Positions 1-15,739 of a stretch of 64,000 bases of DNA are shown here, in pieces. The notes under the pieces are model-generated. The model did not search any database. It was given only the letters and a program-made list of their open reading frames with translations, and had not been told where the DNA came from. A program made the translations under genes and the position numbers. The first letter of the stretch is position 1. Every line of letters starts with the position of its first letter. The stretch is from Octopus vulgaris (Eukaryota), in contig OX597816.1 of assembly GCA_951406725.2 (NCBI GenBank), positions 169,260,001-169,324,000 on the forward strand. Reading direction: 5' to 3'.

Positions 1-758
1 TGAGGTACTATAGAAGAATGATTTAAACAATATTGTTATATTGTATAACGATAAAAATTTAGGGTTATCAAAAAATATTAAGAAAATATAACCAAAATGA
101 TAAATTTTTGAATAATTTTGTGTATATACCAAAATTTACAGCAATAGAGAAAAAATTACATAGAATTAGTTTCATATTTATTCATATACTTAAATATTGT
201 TACGTAGTTTCTATGAAGATTGATAACTTGCATTTACTGGCAATTTAATAAAGGAATACCGGGGCGATAGAACAGGCTAACTATATAATAATAATTATAA
301 TATAAGAGGTATATTATAAGTTGTGGAGTTTCTGGTGCTGTTATATATAGACTAATATAAATTTCTCGGGGTATAAACATTAGGTTTACTTACATAAAGG
401 CTATTCTAAAAATAATAATATGATCAGTAGGGTAGACCACCATAGAAAAAAATAAATAGTTTAATCACTAAAAACCATATATATATACCTTATTATCATC
501 AATAGAAAAGAGATCATATAGAATTTGTTTAATAATTCAATAATTTAAACTAAATTATTTATTTATTAGTTATTATTTATAAGATGGTATCTATAACGAC
601 CGATACCTGGTATTTATTAGAAGAATATTGAGGCTAAAGAACATGCAAACTATATATTAATTATAAACTGAGAGATGTAAAAGTTTCCAGAGCTAATACA
701 TACATGATAATATAGCTTCTTAGAGGTACGTAATTAGGATGGCCACTTACATAAATGT

Positions 759-1152
759 GGAGGCGCAATGGCCCAGTGGTTAGGGCAGCGGACTCGCGGT
801 CGTAGGATCGCGGTTTCGATTCCCAGACCGGGCGTTTGTGAGTGTTTATTGAGCGAAAACACCTAAAAGCTCCACAAGGCTCCGGCAGGGGATGGTGGTG
901 ATCCCTGCTGTACTCTTTCACCACAACTTTCTCTCACTCTTACTTCCTGTTTCTGTTGTACCTGTATTTCAAGGGGCCGGCCTTGTCACTCTCTGTGTCA
1001 CGCTGAATATCCCCGAGAACTACGTTAAGGGTACACGTGTCTGTGGAGTGCTCAGCCACTTACACGTTAATTTCACGAGCAGGCTGTTCCGTTGATTCGG
1101 ATCAACCGGAACCCTCATCGTCGTAACCGACGGAGTGCTTCCACTCCACCCA
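759..1152 (+). mobile_element. tRNA-derived SINE (head A + tail X), full length
   Basis: A-box TGGCCCAGTGG, B-box GGTTTCGATTCC; 16-bp TSD CCACTTACATAAATGT at 743-758 and 1153-1168; near-identical copy at 31271-31656. Confidence 0.9.
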
Positions 1153-1488
1153 CCACTTACATAAATGTCTTTATAAAATGAACAGGAGAGTGGAACACTA
1201 TAGAAGGGATAAAGAGTTTAATTTCTAAAACCATGATGAAGCTAGACTAACTAGGCAGGAATATTCATAGGATAGTATACTAACTTCATGTAGCACACTG
1301 ACTTACTATACTATATAGTTTATACTATATGCAAGGCACTTTAATACCTCATGTAACTGAACATCACCTGATTTATATATATATATTTTGATTTTATTCA
1401 ACCTTATTTTGAAATTGTACGGATAATACCGCACTAATTTTTGGTGCCTCAGCTTAAGTACCTAATTCATCTGAATCTCAATTATACC

Positions 1489-1722
1489 TATTTCTTTATT
1501 ATCCACAAGGGGCCAAACACAGAGGGGACAAACAAGGACAGACATAGGTATTAAGTCGATTACATCGACCCCAGTGCGCAACTGGTACTTAATTTATCGA
1601 CCCCGAAAGAATGAAAGGCAAAGTCGACCTCGGCGGAACTTGAACTCACAACGTAACGGCAGACGAAATACCGTTAAGCATTTCGCCCGGCGTGCTAACG
1701 TTTCTGCCAGCTCGCCGCCTTT
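1489..1722 (-). mobile_element. tRNA-derived SINE (GGCGGCGAGCTGGCAGAA family)
   Basis: Near-identical to 63113-63345; B-box GAGTTCAAGTTCC; ends AATAAAGAAATA; imperfect TSD tctcaattrtac. Confidence 0.85.
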
Positions 1723-1849
1723 TCTCAATTGTACATACATACATACATACATACATACATACATACATACATACATACATGCATGCATGCATGCATGCAT
1801 GCATGCATCCATCCATCCATCCATCCATCCATCCATATATATATATATA

Positions 1850-2342
<493 letters not shown>

Positions 2343-2883
2343 AAAATAGTAAAGTGTGAAAAAACGACAGAAGGCTTAAATGTTAAAAAATATATATATT
2401 TGTGTCAAAATGTCTGGAGAATATTGGAAAAATTTTTTTTCCTTTCCTTAAAATGACATAATTTTAAAATTTTTAAAGAAATTACCGGTTTCGCGTGTAG
2501 CTTTTCAAATTTCTTGTGACGTTATGTTTATATTGCATGGAGTTATCGTTGTGTTTATTTCCAGGAGATTTCTAAATAAGGGGAGGTAGTGAGTGATTTC
2601 TTCCGGTGTAAGGGAGATAATCGCTTAAAAATGTTTTTCCTTTTCCTTGTTAATTTCTCTGTGTCAGTATGTTCGGATGGTTGAGTCTGGGTTTGTACTT
2701 TTCAATGAAGAATGTTTCCTTGTTCAGTCTCATTTGTGTTGATGATCCGAAAGCACATTGGTAAAATGGGAAGATTAAAAATTGTGGCAGTAGTTGCTTT
2801 GCGCATTTCTCAATGTGCTCACTAAAAGGTATCATTCTATATTCTGGGAATGCAATCTGTTGTCGATGCAGTGTGCATCTACG

Positions 2884-4322
2884 CTGGTTTCATTTGATGT
2901 AGTCAACTTGTATACCAGTATACCTTATAATTATGGACTGGAGGCAATACAGTTCTGATTAGACCAATTTCCGGAAGAAATACCAAAAAGGATCAGTAAG
3001 GAATTCATTACTAAATCAATTGAATTCATCCTACACAATAACCACTTCATGTTTGACAATACATTTTACCGTCAAAAATCCTGAATTGCTATGGGTACAA
3101 GGGCAGCACCAGTCATTGCGAACTTAACAATGGGATACATAGAAATAATCATTTACCAGGAATCTCTATCAATCTTTGGAAACTCCCTCTCTCAATACAT
3201 AAAAGAGAATTGGAAACGATTCCTAGACGATTGTTTCATTCTCTGGAATGAAAACATAGATAAACTCCTAAAATTTAAAAACCTATTGAACAGCATAAAC
3301 CCAAATATACAGTTCACAATGGAATACAACCAAAAGGAGCTCCCGTTCTTGGATATACTAATTAAAAAAATTAACCTTAAAATAGAAACAGACATTTTTT
3401 ACAAAGCCACAGACGCCAAACAATACCTTCTTTTAATTCATGCCACCCAAGACACACTAAAACAAACATCCCCTTCAACCTTGCAAGAAGGATATGCACA
3501 ATAGTGTCAGAACAAAATACCAGGAACTTTAGACTGCAAGAACTCAAAAACACCCTAATTGACAGACATTACCCAGCTCAACTCATAGAGGATGGGATCA
3601 GACGTGCAACAGAAATCAACATAGAAACTTTAAGAAAAGTTCAACACAACAACACACCTTCCCCGAAAATACTACCTTACATATCTACATACAACCCCAG
3701 AAACAAAGAAGCCTTCACCATCATCACCCAGAATTTACCAATACTTCATAAAAACCCAAAATTAAAGGAAATTCTAAACATACACCAAATCATTAAAAGC
3801 TACAAACAGCCTAAATCACTTAAAAAGATTCTCACAAAGGCAAAATTGTCTTCTAAAATTACGGATGCAAAAGTAAAAAAATGTGGTAGATCGAACTGTG
3901 CAACATGTCCTAACCTATTGGAAGGATCAGAATTCTTCTTTAAAGAGGGACAGAAATTCAAGATCAAATCTAACTTTACTTGTGCCTCTGAAAACATAAT
4001 TTATGTTATTAAATGCTCGGGCTGCCACCAAGACTACGTGGGTTCCACGGGACTATCACTCAGGCGTAGATGCACACTGCATCGACAACAGATTGCATTC
4101 CCAGAATATAGAATGATACCTTTTAGTGAGCACATTGAGAAATGCGCAAAGCAACTACTGCCACAATTTTTAATCTTCCCATTTTACCAATGTGCTTTCG
4201 GATCATCAACACAAATGAGACTGAACAAGGAAACATTCTTCATTGAAAAGTACAAACCCAGACTCAACCATCCGAACATACTGACAGAGAAATTAACAAG
4301 GAAAAGGAAAAAAAATTTTTAA
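2884..4322 (+). pseudogene. PLE reverse transcriptase + GIY-YIG endonuclease, disrupted
   Basis: LVSFDVVNLYTSIP, AMGTRAAP, RFLDDCF, LPFLDI; Cys linker CGRSNCATC; NIIYVIKCSGC..YVGST; in-frame TGA near 3082 and frameshift near 3435. Confidence 0.92.
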
Positions 4323-4431
4323 GCGATTATCTCCCTTACACCGGAAGAAATCACTCACTACCTCCCCTTATTTAGAAATCTCCTGGAAATAAACACAACG
4401 ATAACTCCATGCAATATAAACATAACGTCAC

Positions 4432-4471
4432 AAGAAATTTGAAAAGCTACACGCGAAACCGGTAATTTCTT
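4432..4471 (+). ncRNA. Minimal type I hammerhead motif, U3:A8 variant (copies at 2476-2515 -, 15166-15205 -, 15505-15544 +)
   Basis: aagaaat TTGAAAA gc tacac gc GAAAC CG GTA atttctt: 7-bp stem I, 2-bp stem II, palindromic ACCGGT stem III. Confidence 0.7.
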
Positions 4472-4662
4472 TAAAAATTTTAAAATTATGTCATTTTAAG
4501 GAAAGGAAAAAAAAAAAATTTTTCCAATATTCTCCAGACATTTTGACACAAATATATATATTTTTTAACATTTAAGCCTTCTGTCGTTTTTTCACACTTT
4601 ACTATTTTCTTATATATTCACCCACGTGCTTTACCAAACAAACTTTCTTATCTATATATATA

Positions 4663-4711
<49 letters not shown>

Positions 4712-5119
4712 TAAATTAGAGATAAAACCACTATTAGGCAAACCATACGGTAAAATCATAAGCCAATACATAGAAATAAAATTAATTAAAAAATATAGAA
4801 AAAATATAAAATATAAATATAAAAATCCAATTAAAATATTTAAATTAAAGTTATAAAAAAATTATTTAAATTAATAATTTAAACCTAAAAATTATAAATA
4901 TATATATATTTCTATTATTATTTTATTTAATTATTTATTTTTTAATTTTTATTTATATTTTTATATTTTTATATTTATTTATTTATTTTTTATTTTTTTA
5001 TTTTTTAAAATTATTTATTTTTTAATTTTTTTTGTATTTAAAAAAATTTTAATATTTTTTATTTATTTTATTTATTCATTTATTTTTAAAAAAAATTTTT
5101 TAATATATATATATATGTG

Positions 5120-5345
5120 TATGGGGAGAATTCACGAAAAAAAAAGACGAAGACAGATGGTGTAAAAAACAAACGGATGTATTAGTATAACGCACAGAAT
5201 TGAAAAAGTCTTTAACGTTTCGAGCCTACGCTCTTCCACAGAAAGGAACACAGAAAGAAACAAGGAGAGAAAAAAAATGTGTGTAGTGGCTACCGATCTT
5301 TCATGGCGAATGCCGGACAGAAGGGTCACACAGGAGAGCTAAGAA
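5120..5345 (-). mobile_element. Short PLE-like 3' fragment (family F1) with minimal HHR-like motif at 5210-5245
   Basis: cttt CTGTGGA a gagc gtag gctc GAAACGTT aaag; homologous to 20470-20670, 41350-41510, 45840-46020; ends at TA repeats. Confidence 0.6.
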
Positions 5346-5374
5346 GTAGATGTGTGTGTGTATGTATATATTTT

Positions 5375-6445
<1,071 letters not shown>

Positions 6446-6894
6446 AAATCAGCAGATACACATACACACGCACACACGAAGAGTTTCTGCTGTATTTTTC
6501 ATTTTTGTCGCGGTGAATTAAACGGGTTAATTCAGAAGAAGAAAAAAATGTTATATTTTTCATTTTGGTTGCACTACAATAATATCTCATAGAATTCTGG
6601 ACGTTCTAATTCAGGAAGTTTATCACCAACAGACCACTCACTCACCCCCATCCCCTCGTCTCTCGACCGACTACATTTTACACTATTTTTCCTTCTCGAA
6701 ATTTCCGGTTTCTAACATCAGGTCAGTCACCTATTTATTGAATTGTAATTTATTTATTTATTTATTTGTTTATTTATTTCATTTATTTATTTATTGTTTG
6801 CATGTTTCTTTGATTAATCACACAGAACGACGACAGCGATAACGAAAACGATGAAGAAGAGAGGGAAGTGTAAAAAACGAAGAAGATAAAGAGA

Positions 6895-6903
6895 GAATGA
6901 TAA

Positions 6904-6960
<57 letters not shown>

Positions 6961-7240
6961 GAAGAAGAAGAAGAAGTAAAAGAAGAAAAAGAAGAAGAAA
7001 AAGAAGAAGAGGAAGAAGAAAAAGAGAAGAAGAAGAAGAAGAAAAAGAAGAAGGAGAAGTAAAAGAAGAAAAAGAAGTAGAAGAAGAAAAAGAAGAAAAA
7101 GAAGAAAAAGAAGAAAAAGAAGAGGAAGAAAAAGAAGAAGAAGAAGAAAAGAAGAAGAAGAAGAAGAAGAAGAAGAAGAAAAAGAAGAAGAAGAAAAAGA
7201 AAAAGAAGAAGAAGAAGAACAACAACAACAACAAAGCTAA
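6895..7240. repeat. Compound (AAT)n-(AAG)n-(AAC)n microsatellite
   Basis: Direct inspection. Confidence 0.95.
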
Positions 7241-7655
7241 GAACAGCAACAATGGCAGTAACAAGAATGATAAATGGGTTGGCGGACCCATCCTTATATC
7301 GACTACTGCACAGCTAGATATTCCTTGCAAATTCGTAAATGTTTTCTTTCTTTCGATGTAAAATTCTCGAAGAAACAAAGTTTCTTTTATAAATGAAAGT
7401 TGAAATAAGGGAAATAACTCGGCTGTGAGGAAGCGCGTGACGTCTGAAAAAATGTTTAAATAAATTGAAATTTACTTTTCGGTCGGAGAAAGAAAACTGT
7501 AAGGTAATATCCTAGATGCAATTTCGAGCCACTCTTAGAGAAAAATTGGGCAAATATTTCATAAACGAAATATTTTACAGAAAATTCAATTTTGATGTTT
7601 TGAAGGTAATATTTACAGCTGTATTTCTTTTCGCAAATTTGTTATATTATATATT

Positions 7656-8420
7656 ACAGGGTGCGATGGATAAATTATCACCGTTTTATATATTTTATTT
7701 TGTGCATGCGTGTCATTTGTGTTTGTTTTTATCGACTACGCAGTATATTAGGGTCAGATGGGCACCGTCTGTGAGAAAAAACAGCACTATGACACAATTC
7801 CCTCGGTCAGAAATTTGGAAACAACATGCTGTACTGCTTGGCATTCGTGCCGGAAGCTCCAATGCGAACATTTCAGAGTATTTGGGTGTCAATGAGGGCA
7901 GTGCAATCTGACGACATGTACCAAGAGTGATAAAAATCAAACATCCAGTCAACATCGTGGTGTTTGGAGTGATCACTAGTGATGGCGACTTTATGCCTCG
8001 ATTAATCTTCCCACACGGTCTCAGACTCAACACGGAGGCCTATATCAAGTGGTTGGAGGTGGTAGTGCAGTCCTAGGTCAAGAGGGCGGCTGCTGGAAGA
8101 CAACAGTACCCTGCACCATGCCACACAAGCAGGAAAGCCAGTCATGGCTATCAGACAATTTCTGCGACCACATCACCCCTAACATCTCGCCACCTAACTC
8201 CCCTGACAGCAATTACCTTGATTATTATGTGAGGGGCGAAGTTGAGTGAGAGACTAACAAAACTTCTTGTAACACCAAAGATGAACTGAAGGTAAGGATT
8301 GTGGTAGCATTGACCAACTAAAACAAAGAGACCATCTAGAAGAGTTGCAGGAAATTCCGAAGTTATCTGGAGGCCGTGGTTGAAGCCAATGGCAATTTTA
8401 TTGAATACATTTACTATTTA
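7656..8420 (+). mobile_element. Tc1/mariner (maT/DD37D-like) internally deleted relic
   Basis: TA-CAGGGTG left end; KHPVNIVVFGVITSDG, APCH, PPNSPDSNYLDYY, LEAVVEANGNFIE; stops and frameshifts. Confidence 0.85.
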
Positions 8421-8732
8421 GTATTTCAAGATATTTTTATGTAATTTTGGTAAATATATCTGTTGAAATGAGATATCAATGTTATTTTAGGTATTACGGA
8501 GATGTACTTGCATAGCAAGTGACTTGCTCTGAGATCGTGTTCTGAAACAAAAACAATTGCAGCGTGGAAGGTGTTTATAAGCCGTTTAAAAACACACAAA
8601 AGCGTTAGACTCACTTTTAAATTTAACATTAAATTTAAATTTGATTTGCTAAAATATTTTCGTCTCTTTGTGACTATGACCTGATCACTGATAAAATTCC
8701 GTGCTGCATTTGAGAAAGTAACAGTTAGTTCA

Positions 8733-8771
<39 letters not shown>

Positions 8772-8918
8772 AATAATGAGGGAGATAAATTAATATTAAT
8801 TTCAATATCAATTTAAAACCAGTAGTCTAGCATACAAAAAATCTGAGAAATCAGAGAAAATTCTAATATATGTGTATATTGGCAGGGCAAGACTGCTAGG
8901 TAGTCGGCCGTATGCTAG

Positions 8919-8991
<73 letters not shown>

Positions 8992-9700
8992 CATACACAT
9001 ACATACATACATTCATACATACATATATACACACACACAGACATATATATATATATATAGGTATATATATATGTATATCTATGTATGTATGTATGCATGT
9101 ATGTATATATGTGTGCATTTAAGTATGTGCGCATGCATATGTGTACATGCGTATGCGTGCGTGCATGCCTATACGCATGTATGTATGTGAATATTCAGGT
9201 ATGTAAGCGTGTAGACGTGTCTGTGTGTGTGTATATGTGTATGCACATGTGAACGTATGTTTACGTACTGATATATGTGTTTTGTTCAAGTTGTATACAT
9301 GACTGTTACTCTGTCGAAGGTTGTATAACCACACACACATATATATATATATATATATACACACACATATATATGTGTGTATGCACGTGTCCCTCTCACC
9401 ACCGTCTAACGGTGAATGGATACAATGTCTTAGATACATACATGCAAATATAAACCTACCTACACATATGTACAAGCACACACAATCATATAAACACATA
9501 TACACACTCACATTTATACGTATAACCTTAAAGTATACACATATATACGCTTATCTATCTACACATATATATTTGTCACTATTTTCGCAGAAAACAGTTA
9601 AAATTCAAATTTCTGTCTTTTCTTTTTTATTTGTATTTTATTATACATAGACATATTCATATATATGAGCATACACACATACATACATACATACATACAT

Positions 9701-9777
<77 letters not shown>

Positions 9778-9782
9778 ATATA

Positions 9783-10304
9783 CCGTAAATCCTCGAGTAT
9801 AGTCCGCCCTTGAGTATAATACGCAGGGGATTTTTAGGGGGCTGTATCTCTGAAAAAACTAAACCTCGTGTATAATACGCACCCCTTCTCTAACTTGAGT
9901 CGTGCGTAATTAAACCAGCAGCACCTAGTCGAACAAACACTTCCGTGCATGCGTAATACAATAATGGTGATGTTCTTAACTGTTATATGGGAATGTAAAT
10001 ATGTTTGCAAATTGTTTTTGTTACATGTTATTCTGTGTTCAGAATACTTTTATATTAATACATGTTGCTTACTGCAAGTTATGGATGAATCTTTTATGAC
10101 TTCATTGCTTTCAGGCTTAGCTTAAGGTATTTTCGCGCCCGACATCATAAAATGCGTCTGAATAAACATTGCAGGACAGTAAATAGAGACTCGGACATTG
10201 TTTAGAAAATATTTTTCATTTTTAATCTCGTATATAGTACGCACTGGGGATTTTGACCTTTAAATTTTGGGAAAAAAATGAGGATTTTACTCGAGGATTT
10301 ACGG
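9783..10304. mobile_element. Tc1/pogo-type MITE
   Basis: TIR CCGTAAATCCTCGAGTA / TACTCGAGGATTTACGG; TA TSD; subterminal GTATAATACGCA repeats. Confidence 0.88.
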
Positions 10305-10569
10305 TAAATATATCTACACATATACTCATACGTGCATGCATGTACACACTCATACACACACACATCCTCATACAACATATACATACACACGCACGCTAAA
10401 ATACACATACATACATATTAATCTATGTACACTCATAAGATCTTCCACGCTGCAAGTGTTATTTTCATTTTTGTGTAATTTTGACAATATAATCACCGGA
10501 CCCCGTATACACACACACACACACACACACATGCTTATACACGCGCGCGCGCACACCCGTACACACATA

Positions 10570-10786
10570 CTCTTTACTCTTTACTCTTTTACTTGTTTCA
10601 GTCATCTGACCGCGGCCTTGCTGGAGCACCGCCTTTAATCGAGCAACTCGACCCCGGGACTTATTCTTTTTGTAAGCCCAGTACTTATTCTATCGGTCTC
10701 TTTTGTCGAACCGCTAAGTAACGGGGACATAAACACACCAGCATCGGTTGTCAAGCAATGCTGGGGGGACAAACACAGACACGCAA

Positions 10787-10835
<49 letters not shown>

Positions 10836-10996
10836 TATGACAGACTTCTTTCAGTTTCCGTCTACCAAATCCACTCACAAGGCTTTGGTCGGCCCGAGGC
10901 TATAGTAGAAGACATTTGCCCAAGGTACCACGCAGTGGAACTGAACCCGGAACCATGTGGTTGGTAAAGAAGCTACTTAACACACAGCCACTCCTG
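10570..10996 (-). mobile_element. Bipartite tRNA-SINE, full copy
   Basis: Matches family consensus; (AAAGAGT)n-like tail. Confidence 0.9.
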
Positions 10997-11238
10997 TTTT
11001 TACCGATTCAGTAATCTTAAATGTAGCCACTTGTTCGAAAAGCTCTGTGATTTTCTTAGATTATAATTTTTACACAGTTTAAAGCAGCAATGTTAATCTC
11101 TCTGGAATACTCCAGATTCTAGAGAGGCCTTCAGCAAACAGGTTTTGGGATCTAACGATGCGCCATAAAGCCAAGCACTAAATGGATGTGAAACCTAAAG
11201 TAATCCCATAAACCGGCCTTATCTAACTTTAATATATA

Positions 11239-11680
<442 letters not shown>

Positions 11681-11699
11681 AACTCGAAAAAATTGACCC

Positions 11700-11740
11700 G
11701 AAGACTTATTCTTTGTAAGCTTCGTACCTATTCGATCGGG

Positions 11741-11808
<68 letters not shown>

Positions 11809-11950
11809 ATATGTATATAAATGCGCATATGTATATATGACGGACTTCTTCCAGTTTCCCTCTTCCAAATCCACTCACAAGGCTTTGGTCTGCCCAAGGC
11901 TGTAATAGAAGACACTTGCCCATGTTGTTACGCAGTGGGACTGAACCCGA
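11700..11950 (-). mobile_element. Bipartite tRNA-SINE, partial
   Basis: CCAAATCCACTCACAAGGCTTTGGTC segment. Confidence 0.8.
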
Positions 11951-12677
11951 AACCCCCTTCGTTTCCTCTCTTTTCCTTTCTCTAATTCTTTGTATCACCC
12001 CTTCTTCCCCTTTCGTTTTTCTCTCTCATCCTTTGTCTAATTCTTTTCCTCTCCCCTTCACCGTTCTCTATCTGTCCCTCTCTCTTTCTCACTCTTCCTC
12101 CTTTACTCTCTCCTTGCTCACACCTGACCATCGTTTTCGCGCATTCGTCTTTGTATTTGTATACGTGTATGTCTGTGTTGGTGCGCGGGATGTCTTGTAA
12201 GCAAAAATGACTATTTTGAAATATGACAAATGTACTGACATTTTGCACCAAGTTGACCTTTAAGGAAGCCAGGTACACCAGTAAGAGAGCATTAGGACTT
12301 TTAGGAAATGTTTGCAAGTTTTTTTTTTTTAAACAGTGAATAACAGAAAGACGGCGCTCATTTCGTCAGTCAGTAAGCTGATAGTTTAATCAGATAATAC
12401 GTGATACAGGGTCCCAACAAGAAAGCAAATTGCTACAACTCCAGGGATATCAAATAACTATCGACGAATATTTAGTGATAAGAAGATAAAATACACTGGT
12501 ATACAAAACATTTGCTACTTCAGTGATAATGATTAATTGCGCTGTCCGAAGAGGCAGGTTTGAAGCAGTAGCAAAGTCTGGTAAAGTTTCGCTTTCAGCT
12601 GTAGTCGTAAAACAGCATTGGGAAATATATTCACATAGCATTCTGTATAACTTACTCAACGTGCTTATAGTGTAGAC

Positions 12678-12899
12678 CAGTGGTTTTCAACCAGGGTTCC
12701 GCCAGTACAGTCCAGGGGTTCCGCCAGTACAGTCCAGGGGTTCCGCAAGAAGTTACAAAACTGCTAAAATCGGCAGTAATTTTAATTCTCCTGTGCAGAT
12801 ATGTGTGCATAAAACTATTAAATTATTGCACAGGGGTTCCTCGAGCAAGTGGAATGTTTCCTTGGGGTTCCGCTCCAGCAAAAAGTTTGAAAAGCACTG
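12678..12899. mobile_element. hAT (Charlie-like) MITE
   Basis: TIR CAGTGGTTTTCAA / TTGAAAAGCACTG; perfect 8-bp TSD GTGTAGAC; internal GGGGTTCC repeats. Confidence 0.9.
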
Positions 12900-13169
12900 G
12901 TGTAGACAGTCACAAAACTGTAGCATTCGTCTCGAGGCAGCTTCTCGTATAAGACGTATATATGTTAAAAAGTACAGAAGCATATCTGCAGCAAACGAAA
13001 AGTGTCCAACTGCGGCGGTGGATTTGCTAAATGCATGATTTCTCTGCCTTTGCATATCATCAGTAGCTGGTGTCCACTATCAAACGCATGCTTAAACAAA
13101 CTTAGCTTCTACTGATACAGTAAAATAGGGATTAACAAAATGATAGGCGTCCAAAATTGTGGTCGGGTT

Positions 13170-13633
13170 GGATAAAATTTTCGGTAAATTTTAAACCCGC
13201 CCTTTTCATAAAAAAAAAAAACAAACAATTTTTCGCATGGAATCAACTCCCCTGACCTCCTACTTTCTCGCAAATCCCACCATTTTGATGGAGACGAAGG
13301 TCTGCTCCCCAGATTTTGGGAATGAATTACGTTGAGCTCATAATAGGCCACAAAACCTTTCTTTTTCGTCCGGAAAACGGGGCTGGAGGAGGACCCTCGG
13401 AAATTTCAAACCCCACCCCAATTTCACAGGGAAATTCACCCCTACCCCAAATTTCACAGGGCAAATTTTTATACGACGATCAATACTTGGTGGCAAGGGA
13501 ACCTTTCTAGTAGCACTCGTCCTTTTAGAAATAACAGCCAAATCTCCCTAGCCACGCTGCACCGTCTTTGTTGAGCATAGTTACCCGTATATTATTCTTT
13601 CGTTAGCTTTTGTGTGTGTGTGCATGTGTATGC

Positions 13634-13705
<72 letters not shown>

Positions 13706-14470
13706 ATGTGTGTGTGTGTGTGAGTGAGTGTGTGTGTGTGTGTGTGTATGTATGTATATATGTGTCTGTGTATATGCATGTGTTTGTATGTGTGACGTTA
13801 ACAATGCCCTCCGTTTCCCGGACCCCAAAGAGGGTTTTGTGGCATATTAAAAGGTCACCGGAATTCATTCAACGAAAAAAAAAAAAAAAATTCCAATGAT
13901 TCCGGAATAGAGGGAGGTCCTGTTCCCTCCATCCTTTTCCCGAACTAAAATAAGGGGTTCGCAGCATATTAGGAGGTCAGAGTACTTGATTTCACGCAAA
14001 AAATACAATTTTTTTTTAGTGAAAATTGTGCGAGTGAAAGCACATACTTATACAGACACATATATACACACACACATATATAAACACTCATATATATACA
14101 CACATACACACATACAAAAATTAAGGAAAGAATGCCGTACGGGTGCGTTTTGCTCAATGAAGACAGTGCAGTGTGGCTAGGGAGATTTGGCTGTTATTTC
14201 TGAAAGGACGACTGCTACTGGAAAAGTTCCCGTACCAACAAGTATTGACCCACGTGTAAAAATTTGCCAAAAAATTCAGTTTCGCACCTCACCTTCAGAA
14301 ATGCATTTTCTGAAATGTCTTGAGATTCCTAAGTTATATTTAGATATCGGACATTAAAAATATGCCAAGAAAAAAAAAAAGGAAATTGTAAAAGCAGTTC
14401 TATTGATTCGGAAATAGGGCATTGTTATCGCCACACATACATGCATACACATATACATACACACACACAT

Positions 14471-14510
<40 letters not shown>

Positions 14511-14900
14511 CTGTACACATATACACACACAGAAAAGCTAACGAAAGAATACGGGTACGTTTCGCTCAACAAAGACGGTGCAGTGTGGCTGGGAAGATTT
14601 GGCTGTTATTTCTAAAAGGACGAGTGCTACTGGAAAGGTTCCCTTGTCACCAAGTATTGACCTTCGTGTAAAACGTTGCCAAAGAATTTTCCCTGTGAAA
14701 TTTGGTGGGTGAGTGTGACTTTCCCTGTGAAATTGGGGTATTGTAATTTCCGAGGGTCCCAACCCCGCTTTCTGGACACAAAAGAAAGGTTTTGTGACAT
14801 ATTACGAGCTCACCGTAATTCATTCTACTGAAAAAAAAATTCTCGAAATATCCGGGGAGGATATTTCGAACCTTCAAAAAACGGGTTAAAAATTTGATTT
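13170..14900. mobile_element. Foldback-like element with long imperfect nested inverted repeats
   Basis: About 13310-13615 is inverted relative to about 14525-14830; third direct copy about 14110-14270; 13790-13870 partially repeated. Confidence 0.55.
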
Positions 14901-14989
14901 ATTGGTGATTTAAATGAGGGTTTTAACTCCTTTTTCTAGCAGGTAGGCACCTTGTGCACCCTTATAATATATATATATATATATATATA

Positions 14990-15677
14990 GATAAGAAAGT
15001 TTGTTTGGTAAAGCACGTGGGTGAATATATAAGAAAATAGTAAAGTGTGAAAAAACGACAGAAGGCTTAAATGTTAAAAAATATATATATTTGTGTCAAA
15101 ATGTCTGGAGAATATTGGAGAAATTTTTTTCCTTTCCTTAAAATGACATAATTTTAAAATTTTTAAAGAAATTACCGGTTTCGCGTGTAGCTTTTCAAAT
15201 TTCTTGTGACGTTATGTTTATAACTACTGCCACAATTTTTGATCTTCCCATTTTACCAATGTGCTTTCGGATCATCAACACAAATGAGACTGAACAAGGA
15301 AACATTCTTCATTGAAAAGTACAAACCCAGACTCAACCATCCGAACATACTGACACAGAGAAATTAACAAGGAAAAGGGGAAAAAAAATTTTTAAGCGAT
15401 TATCTCCCTTACACCGGAAGAAATCACTCACTACCTCCCCTTATTTAGAAATCTCCTGGAAATAAACACAACGATAACTCCATGCAATATAAACATAACG
15501 TCACAAGAAATTTGAAAAGCTACACGCGAAACCGGTAATTTCTTTAAAAATTTTAAAATTATGTCATTTTAAGGAAAGGAAAAAAAATTTCTCCAATATT
15601 CTCCAGACATTTTGACACAAATATATATATTTTTTAACATTTAAGCCTTCTGTCGTTTTTTCACACTTTACTATTTT

Positions 15678-15680
<3 letters not shown>
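14990..15680. mobile_element. Second, shorter copy of the 2341-4652 PLE (inverted + direct 3' ends)
   Basis: 14990-15222 inverted and 15223-15680 direct; near-identical to 4153-4652; (TA)n flanks. Confidence 0.92.
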
Positions 15681-15725
<45 letters not shown>

Positions 15726-15739
15726 CCTGCCTTTAGGCT

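Noticed and set aside
759-835. Functional tRNA genes
   Set aside because: These are tRNA-like SINE heads continuing into SINE bodies with TSDs
1228-1378. HHR-like ATGATGA...GAACATCACCTGATT
   Set aside because: Core and stems too degenerate to support
3082-3084. In-frame TGA in the PLE RT as possible selenocysteine (as in Naiad PLEs)
   Set aside because: Falls at a conserved Gly position, the ORF is also frameshifted, and the endonuclease is C-terminal
6897-7361. Poly-I/R/E/K protein
   Set aside because: Trinucleotide microsatellite
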